Shown here one piece after another: positions 57,413 to 64,000 of a stretch of 64,000 nucleotides of DNA. Within the stretch, counting starts at the first letter, position 1. Every line of letters starts with the position of its first letter. The translations under genes were made by a program, and so were the position numbers. This stretch comes from a virus. Its lineage: Duplodnaviria; Caudoviricetes. The notes beneath the pieces are model-generated. The model saw only the letters and a list, made by a program, of their open reading frames with translations. It had not been told where the DNA came from and did not search any database. The DNA lies in the IMG/VR virus record IMGVR_UViG_3300032219_002522, positions 32,001-96,000 of that record, one strand, 5' to 3'.

Positions 57413-58450
57413 ATGGAACAAAATACAAACGACGAATTACTAAATCACCTTAGTAGAAAAGAATCGGAATCTAAATTCCAATACGACCAAGATTCAGATG
57501 TTGGATCATATACAATACCTGAATGGATCGACAGAGAATCTAATCAACAACAAAATCCACAACCGGTTCAAAATCAATCAAATAACCTAGGGAAAGTAAA
57601 TGTTACTAGAACTCCTATGGGAATGGAGAATGATTGGAAAAATATACCAGTTGGTAATCTTCCATCAAAAGGATTCGGATATCCTGAAGGATTTGAAATT
57701 GCTATTAAAGCATCTGGAGTTAAAGAGATTAGACAATTTTCCACTGTAGATGAAGATGATAGAATAGATCTTGATGACAAGTTAAATACCATTATATCAA
57801 AGTGTATGAAGATAAGATGGAATGGAGGATTTCTAGAGCCATACGATCTTTGGTACGAGGACAGGTTTTATATTATAATGTGTATTAGAGATATGACCTT
57901 TTTAAGGGGAGAAAATAAAATCATGCTTCCAGTAACAAAAAATTGTACAAAGCCTGATTGTGAAGTTCCTGATATGATAGAGCTAAGATCTAATCTACTT
58001 GATAGTTTTGTTGTAGATCAAGATATACTTAAGAGATATAGTAATGAGAGTTATTCATTTAAATTTATACCAAAAGATGGAAGCCCTGAAATGGATCTTT
58101 ACATTCCCACTGTAGGAGTTACAACTATCTGTAGAAAGATCTTATCCGAAAAAAGAAGAAAAGGTAAAACATTTGACGAAAGCTTTGCTAAAGTTGCATC
58201 TTTTATAATACCTGATTGGAGAGGACTCGATGAATCTGTATATGATCAATACGAGAGAGCTGCTGAAGAATGGTCACCACTGCAATTCTCTATTGCAGAT
58301 CAAATAACAGAGAAGATAAACTTTGCTACAAAATCAAGAATCAATAGTAAATGTGAAAGCTGTGATGGGGAGGTCACAGCAGAGATTTCCTTTCCCGGAG
58401 GGTACAGATCTCTTTTCGTTATTTCAGATATCTTTAGCCAACTACTTTGA
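57413..58450 (+). CDS. Baseplate hub / tail assembly protein (gp26-like)
   Basis: LPSKG, DRFYIIMCIRDMT, C..C motifs, position after the tubes. Confidence 0.6.
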   Translation: MEQNTNDELLNHLSRKESESKFQYDQDSDVGSYTIPEWIDRESNQQQNPQPVQNQSNNLGKVNVTRTPMGMENDWKNIPVGNLPSKGFGYPEGFEIAIKASGVKEIRQFSTVDEDDRIDLDDKLNTIISKCMKIRWNGGFLEPYDLWYEDRFYIIMCIRDMTFLRGENKIMLPVTKNCTKPDCEVPDMIELRSNLLDSFVVDQDILKRYSNESYSFKFIPKDGSPEMDLYIPTVGVTTICRKILSEKRRKGKTFDESFAKVASFIIPDWRGLDESVYDQYERAAEEWSPLQFSIADQITEKINFATKSRINSKCESCDGEVTAEISFPGGYRSLFVISDIFSQLL

Positions 58451-58628
58451 TATTAAATTTAGACTATGGGAAGAATTTAAATTGTCTATAGACCATTTAG
58501 AAGAATTACCTTTCTACGAATATCAATTGTTTATAGATAAGCTTAACGAAAGAATAGAAAGAGAAAATAAGAAAAACGAGCAAGGCGAATTAGTAGAAGC
58601 ATTTGCATTTTCAAAGCCAAAAAGATAA
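58365..58628 (+). CDS. gp51-like baseplate assembly protein (start uncertain)
   Basis: SLANYFDIKFRL...LSIDHLEELPFYEYQLFI..L. Confidence 0.5.
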   Translation: MGRSQQRFPFPEGTDLFSLFQISLANYFDIKFRLWEEFKLSIDHLEELPFYEYQLFIDKLNERIERENKKNEQGELVEAFAFSKPKR

Positions 58629-58664
58629 CTTTTTGGCTTTTTAGGTATATAAATAAAAACAATT

Positions 58665-60446
58665 TTGGCAGAAGAAACTGGAACATCAGGAGCAGCAGGA
58701 TCGGAATTTCCGGTTTTCAAATCATCCGAAGGAGCTTTCGATAGAGCAAAGTACGAGGAGCAAGATAAGGCAAGGATAGAATCAGATGGAATAACTGCGC
58801 GTTCTACTGGAAAAGAAATAGACGAGGATCTAGTAAAGAAAAAAAAATCAGCGGATCAAGTTATAAAAGAAGCTAATAAATTTTACGACGATTCATTTCA
58901 AAAAAACGTAAAAGGATTAGATCCTGCTTATGATCCAAGCCTTATCTATTATTCAGAAGCTTATTCAGATGGAGGATCAAATAAAAACAAAATACGAAGG
59001 AAATTAGAAAAAGGAGAAACTATAGACGGCAAGGAGATTTTTGAAATGTCTAAGCAAGCTGCCGAAAATAAAATAAGTAATGCCAAGGTTCTTAAAGATG
59101 GTAGAGTTACTGATATAGTAGAAAATTTAGGCTTAAAAGATGTAAAGCAATTTGATTTATTTGAGGATGTAAAAAGTGATTTTGATAGTAAGATAAAGGA
59201 CGAAAAAATTAAATTTGAGCCACTTCTTGATAATTTTGCTAAGGTGCTAGACTATTTTAGTGTTAAGGATTCATTTATGGCTAGTCAATATGCTCCTATT
59301 TTATATACTCCTGAAAATATGGCTATAATTTCTGCTTTAGGAAAAGTTCTAGAAGCTGAAGGATTTACCAATGAGAGTGTTACTAAAATGGCAAAAGCAT
59401 ATGATGATAACATAAAAAAGCTAATAGAAAAAAAAGAAGGAAAAAAAGCGGAGGATGTAATAAAAGAAGCTGCTCAAGAAGCTAAAAAAGGAGAGACCAC
59501 TACTAAAACCGAAGAACAAAAGCTGGAAGAAAAGAAAGCGGAGGACCTAAAAAAAGAGCCAATAGCTGAAAATAAAGATATTAAATTAGACCAGCCTAAA
59601 GAAGCTACTACAACTACAACTACCACTACCACTACTATACCAACAGCCGAAGAACCTAAAAAAACTGAGGAAAAAAAAGAACCCGAAGTTAAAACAGCAG
59701 AACAAAAACTAGACGAGAAAAAACCAGAGGAAAAGAAAGAAGCTACTGGAACTGTAGAAGGGAAAAAAGACGAGGGGGAAAAAGGTAAGGGTAAAGAAAA
59801 AGAGCCTGTATTCAGTGAGCCAGTAAAAGGTATATTTGATATGCTAGGAATAAAGCTTCCTGCTGCTAAGGAGGGCGAAGGTGATAAAGGGGAAGGTGAT
59901 GAGGACAAAGGAAAAAATAAAGGATTAACCACCGGTAGTGCGCAAGGAGATAAAACTATAGAGGAGCTCGGTTTTGCTAAACCAAAAGAAGGTGAATCTG
60001 GAGGGGATAAGGGTAAAAAAGATAATAAATCTACGACTGACAATAAAGCAACCAAATTAGATGAGAAAGTTTCAACAAATACCGATAAAAAATCTGAAAC
60101 TTCTACCGCTTCTACGCCTATAAAAGAAACACAAACACAAAATTTATCTAGTGTAAGTACACCGGATACTGATAAAAAAGATGTTAAGAAAGAGGAGCCA
60201 GCGACAACTACAGCGACAACTACAGAAAATCAAACTGTAGATAAAAATGCTGGTGTTTCAAATGACGTGAAAACAACATCAGAAGCTCCAAAAGAAACTG
60301 AAGATAAAACAAAAAAAGAGGATCAAGATAAAATGAACAAAGAGATGAGCGACAATATGAAATCTATGGTAGCATTACTAGCTCAGCTAAATAACACGTT
60401 AAAAAATCCTCTTATGGTTATCCCTAACAATAAAAAATTCCATTAA
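58665..60446 (+). CDS. Lys/Glu/Thr-rich structural protein (possible tape-measure or hub-related)
   Basis: TTG start after TATAAATA; long low-complexity C-terminal half. Confidence 0.5.
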   Translation: MAEETGTSGAAGSEFPVFKSSEGAFDRAKYEEQDKARIESDGITARSTGKEIDEDLVKKKKSADQVIKEANKFYDDSFQKNVKGLDPAYDPSLIYYSEAYSDGGSNKNKIRRKLEKGETIDGKEIFEMSKQAAENKISNAKVLKDGRVTDIVENLGLKDVKQFDLFEDVKSDFDSKIKDEKIKFEPLLDNFAKVLDYFSVKDSFMASQYAPILYTPENMAIISALGKVLEAEGFTNESVTKMAKAYDDNIKKLIEKKEGKKAEDVIKEAAQEAKKGETTTKTEEQKLEEKKAEDLKKEPIAENKDIKLDQPKEATTTTTTTTTTIPTAEEPKKTEEKKEPEVKTAEQKLDEKKPEEKKEATGTVEGKKDEGEKGKGKEKEPVFSEPVKGIFDMLGIKLPAAKEGEGDKGEGDEDKGKNKGLTTGSAQGDKTIEELGFAKPKEGESGGDKGKKDNKSTTDNKATKLDEKVSTNTDKKSETSTASTPIKETQTQNLSSVSTPDTDKKDVKKEEPATTTATTTENQTVDKNAGVSNDVKTTSEAPKETEDKTKKEDQDKMNKEMSDNMKSMVALLAQLNNTLKNPLMVIPNNKKFH

Positions 60447-60507
60447 GAGGTTTACTTTTTAATATGGATTTATTATATTTGTACAAAATAAACCTAAATA
60501 ATAAATT

Positions 60508-60783
60508 ATGAGTAACAATTATGAAATTACCAAAGAGCTCAGAGCCACATTGGTTGAGTTCTTAAATGCCTACGGAGGCTACAAAGAATGTTTGGAAAAT
60601 TTGGAAAATGAGGAAAAAACTGAATTCACCGAGGAAGAAATTAATCAAATCCTGAATCTTCTTGGAATATTTAGACTTATGGACACTTTCCATATGGTAG
60701 AAAGATTTAAAATAGAAGTTACACCTCTAAAATCCCAGGAGACTGATGATCAATCAGAACCTACCGCAGCACAAGCAGGATAA
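60508..60783 (+). CDS. Hypothetical protein
   Basis: ORF after TATATTTG at 60474. Confidence 0.6.
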   Translation: MSNNYEITKELRATLVEFLNAYGGYKECLENLENEEKTEFTEEEINQILNLLGIFRLMDTFHMVERFKIEVTPLKSQETDDQSEPTAAQAG

Positions 60784-61183
60784 GATCGATACACTCTATT
60801 TAAGAATGGCCAATGTTTGGTCAGAAAACTCCCACTGTAATAGAAATAAAGTAGGTTGCTTAATCGTAAAGGATCGTCAAATAATATCTGACGGATATAA
60901 CGGAACGCCATCTGGATTTTCTAATAATTGTGAGGACTGCAATAATAACACACTTCCGACTGTGTTACATGCAGAAGCCAACGCCATAACTAAAATAGCT
61001 AAGAGTACGAATAGTGCAGAGTGTTCTACCCTCTATGTCACTCTGTCTCCTTGTTTTGATTGCGCTAAGTTAATCATACAAGCAGGAATTAAAAGAATTG
61101 TTTATTCTGAAACTTACAGAAATACAGATTCTTTTAAACTTTTCGAGGAAGCAGGAATAGAAATTAAAAAAATAAGCATTTAA
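60746..61183 (+). CDS. dCMP deaminase
   Basis: KVGCLIV, GYNGTP, HAEANAI, SPCFDCAK. Confidence 0.92.
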   Translation: MINQNLPQHKQDKIDTLYLRMANVWSENSHCNRNKVGCLIVKDRQIISDGYNGTPSGFSNNCEDCNNNTLPTVLHAEANAITKIAKSTNSAECSTLYVTLSPCFDCAKLIIQAGIKRIVYSETYRNTDSFKLFEEAGIEIKKISI

Positions 61184-61200
61184 AAAAATAATAAGGGATT

Positions 61201-61830
61201 ATGGCAGTAAAGAACATACAGGAATTGGCAGAAAGTTTTATGAGATCATCTTCGGAGAAAGACTTTGTCGAATTATATAAAAGAATTAAACCGGGACTAT
61301 TAAATCATTGTAAATCTATATTGATTGAGCAGGATGCAGCAGAGGATGCAGTTTCAAATACAATGGCTAAAATATGGACCAAGATTTCACAATACGATTC
61401 TTCAAGAGGTAATTTTTCTACGTGGGTATACAACATTGCTAGAAATGAATCACTAGGAATTAAAAAGAACGAGGATAGATATTTACCAATGATACACGAG
61501 GTGGTAAGGAGTAATGACGAATCGGACGATTCGGTTTCGGTATATCCATCAATAAGTTCTTCAGCACCAACTCTAGAAACAGAGTTTGATTATATAGGAA
61601 GTGGGAATGATGAGATGGAAGATCTATACGATAATGTTATAGAGAAAATGAAAGAACTTCCAGAAATTTACAAAGATATTCTTTTTGATAGAGAAATATT
61701 AAGAATGAAATATCAAGAGATTGCCGATAAATACGGAATGAAAAAAAGAGCTATTGCAACAAGAATTAGAAGAGCAAGATTAAAAGTTAGGGAGATGTTT
61801 CCTGGTGTTAATTTGACTTTTAACGATTGA
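61201..61830 (+). CDS. ECF-like RNA polymerase sigma factor
   Basis: Region 2 AEDAVS...YDSSRGNFSTWVYNIARN; region 4 MKYQEIA...IATRIRRAR. Confidence 0.9.
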   Translation: MAVKNIQELAESFMRSSSEKDFVELYKRIKPGLLNHCKSILIEQDAAEDAVSNTMAKIWTKISQYDSSRGNFSTWVYNIARNESLGIKKNEDRYLPMIHEVVRSNDESDDSVSVYPSISSSAPTLETEFDYIGSGNDEMEDLYDNVIEKMKELPEIYKDILFDREILRMKYQEIADKYGMKKRAIATRIRRARLKVREMFPGVNLTFND

Positions 61831-61864
61831 TTGTAACTTTTACTAATAGATAAATATAATTGAT

Positions 61865-62326
61865 ATGAATTATCCTTTTAAAAGAGTTATAACGGACATT
61901 AGGAACTATTTCTTTTTAAGAAGAACTATAAAGAAAAATACAGGATCTATTGAATGGGAAAGATTCAAGCTTAGAGTAGATTGGATAGGAAGAATATACA
62001 CAGTAGTTAATCTTCCGCCAGAGGTTATTTACTCCCCAGATTCACCGGAAGAGATTAGACCTGCATACATTTTAGAGGAATCAAGGCCTCTTAATGAGTA
62101 TTTAACTTCCTTAAATTTACAGGAGGTAATAATGCCTAAGATTTCTCCTATTCCTAATTCTGTTTCTTATCTAATAGTCTACAGCCCTTATTTTCAGAGA
62201 TTGTCTATAAGATGGATAATCTACAGAATTATACTTATTCTTATCTTAATCTGGCTCCAATATAAATTTGGATTAGTAAGTTGGATTTTAGGAGGGTTTA
62301 AATATTTATGGAATGTTATCTTCTGA
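61865..62326 (+). CDS. Membrane-anchored hypothetical protein
   Basis: C-terminal TM helix. Confidence 0.55.
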   Translation: MNYPFKRVITDIRNYFFLRRTIKKNTGSIEWERFKLRVDWIGRIYTVVNLPPEVIYSPDSPEEIRPAYILEESRPLNEYLTSLNLQEVIMPKISPIPNSVSYLIVYSPYFQRLSIRWIIYRIILILILIWLQYKFGLVSWILGGFKYLWNVIF

Positions 62327-63068
62327 TATACAAATAAATCGTCAAGCTTTCCCTTGGGGTAGAGCTTATGTAGTAGAAGGAGCTGGTAAAGCTCCTTTAA
62401 TTTTACCCTCAGTTACCACTATACTAAAACTAGTAAAGAACGAGAAGTATGAAAAATTAAGGGAACAGTTTGGTGAGGATAGATGGAATAAAATATTACA
62501 CGACGCAGCAGAGAGAGGAACAGTAATGCACAGAATGCTGGAATTATTTCTTCTTGAGTGGGCTAAAGAAAAAGACGTTGATAGATCATTAAAAAAAGCA
62601 CAGATATTTGCTATAGAGGAGTCAAGAAGAGATGATGGTAAATATGCTAAATACGTAAATAAGGGAAGGGATCTTTTCTGGAATTTTTATCATACTAATT
62701 TCTGGGAAAATATAGAAGAGGTAGTAGACAACGAGGCTTTCTTATACACAACATTTAAAGGAGGATGGGCAGGAGCATGTGATTTTGTTTATAGGGACAA
62801 AGCATACAATTTAATAGTTGACGACTTTAAATCATCAACATCTCCAAAAGATGAAGATGATATATTGAGCTATAAACTTCAGATATCAGCATATATGTTT
62901 ATGTGTGCAGAAAAATATGGAGAGGTACCAAAACAAGGAAGAATAACAATAGCAAATGAACAAACATCAGATATACAAACTTTCATAGTACACGACTACG
63001 AATTAAAAGATTATCTGGGTCAATTTATAGATTTTGCTAAAAAATTCAGAGAAATTCACGGGATATAG
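62313..63068 (+). CDS. PD-(D/E)XK exonuclease
   Basis: PSVTTIL, RGTVMH, AGACD, DDFKSS, YKLQISAY. Confidence 0.85.
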   Translation: MLSSDIQINRQAFPWGRAYVVEGAGKAPLILPSVTTILKLVKNEKYEKLREQFGEDRWNKILHDAAERGTVMHRMLELFLLEWAKEKDVDRSLKKAQIFAIEESRRDDGKYAKYVNKGRDLFWNFYHTNFWENIEEVVDNEAFLYTTFKGGWAGACDFVYRDKAYNLIVDDFKSSTSPKDEDDILSYKLQISAYMFMCAEKYGEVPKQGRITIANEQTSDIQTFIVHDYELKDYLGQFIDFAKKFREIHGI

Positions 63069-63110
63069 GAAACTTAATAATATTTAATCACTATAAAAAT
63101 AAAAAATAAA

Positions 63111-63608
63111 ATGTCAATGAAAGAATCAGAAGCTGTATTAGAAGCTCAAAACGAAGCTCAACTAGAGAAATTTATTAGCAACGTAGATACTGAAAAAGTA
63201 AAATCTATCAAAGAGGATCTTGAAAATTATAAAGCAAGTCTTAAAAATAAAGAATATGCTGTATCTATGTCAGATCCACTCCTACACAGATTTGATGTAT
63301 ACATGAATGAAGAAGTTCAGTGGAGATCTAAAGAAGCACTAGGAGTTAAAGAAATCATAAAAAGAATAGACGAAGTAAAGTCCGAAGGAATTAAGGACGG
63401 CGTTGTTTATTTTACTAATTTAGAAGTTGAGGCTTCTCACTACTTCATATTAAAAATGGAGGGTAAAGGAAAAGACGAAATCGATTCTTTTGTATCTCTT
63501 TGGAAAACTTTCGAAGAGACATTATCTTTGATTCAGCAAGATAATCTAGTAGTTAAAGATCTAGAGCAACAGCTTGCTGCTGCAGAACAAGGTATTGAAT
63601 TAGAATAA
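63111..63608 (+). CDS. Hypothetical protein
   Basis: ORF after GAAAC-N18-TATAA. Confidence 0.6.
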   Translation: MSMKESEAVLEAQNEAQLEKFISNVDTEKVKSIKEDLENYKASLKNKEYAVSMSDPLLHRFDVYMNEEVQWRSKEALGVKEIIKRIDEVKSEGIKDGVVYFTNLEVEASHYFILKMEGKGKDEIDSFVSLWKTFEETLSLIQQDNLVVKDLEQQLAAAEQGIELE

Positions 63609-63632
63609 TATCTACTATAAAATAAATATAAT

Positions 63633-63662
63633 AAAAGACTGGTATTAATACCAGTCTTTTTT
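63633..63662 (+). terminator. Intrinsic terminator
   Basis: AAAAGACTGGTA...TACCAGTCTTTTTT. Confidence 0.85.
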
Positions 63663-63680
63663 GTGGATATATACTTAAGT

Positions 63681-64000
63681 ATGAAAAACAAATTATTGCC
63701 ATGGATAATTGCTCTATCAGCATTATCAGTTTCAGGATCAGCTGCTTTTTATTCAGTATCGGGATTGGGTAAAATGTTTGCAGGAGCTTCTTTGCAGGTT
63801 ATGATACTTGCGGGAAGTTTAGAATTTGCTAAACTAGTTACAGCATCTCTTTTGCATCAATATTGGAAAAAGCTTAATCTTGGATTAAAGATATACCTTT
63901 CTATAGCAACACTAATACTAATAATCATAACTTCCGCAGGAATATATGGATTTTTATCATCTGCTTATCAGGAAACATCTTTTAAAGTACAAAACCAGGA
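63681..64000 (+). CDS. Membrane protein (partial, runs off the window)
   Basis: MKKQILPWIIALSALSVSGSAAFYSVSGL...LEFAKLV...TSAGIYGFLS. Confidence 0.65.
   Translation, partial: MKNKLLPWIIALSALSVSGSAAFYSVSGLGKMFAGASLQVMILAGSLEFAKLVTASLLHQYWKKLNLGLKIYLSIATLILIIITSAGIYGFLSSAYQETSFKVQNQ

Noticed and set aside
59474-60055. 193-aa minus-strand ORF and other antisense ORFs within long genes
   Set aside because: These are shadows of low-complexity or codon-biased plus-strand genes.

Overview
This window is about 64 kb of an AT-rich, gene-dense jumbo myophage with a T4-like core and the standard genetic code. TAnnTTTG promoters and A-rich translation starts without Shine-Dalgarno sequences point to a Bacteroidota host. 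The right part (40-64 kb) is core machinery: UvsX/RecA, gp41 helicase, gp47/gp46, neck proteins, terminase, tail sheath, two tail tubes, baseplate/tail-assembly genes, dCMP deaminase, an ECF-like sigma factor and a PD-(D/E)XK exonuclease. The left part (0-40 kb) is accessory: ThyA, a second TS-like enzyme, GuaB/GuaC, thioredoxin, phosphoesterases, rhomboid, SET, Ro60/TROVE, two tRNA arrays and many probable capsid-packaged proteins. The standout observation is that each tRNA array sits behind an unannotated leader ORF (MKN...) plus a mutually exclusive terminator/antiterminator and a boxA-like element. The synonymous codons of each leader match the anticodons of its own array. This looks like ribosome-mediated attenuation that would switch on phage tRNA synthesis only when the matching host tRNAs are depleted. 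A second standout is three tandem Y-RNA-like elements with covarying stems upstream of Ro60, in a similar boxA-containing non-coding operon. Three promoter classes and a T4-like capsid-targeting N-terminal motif are also visible. All calls were made by eye, without database searches.
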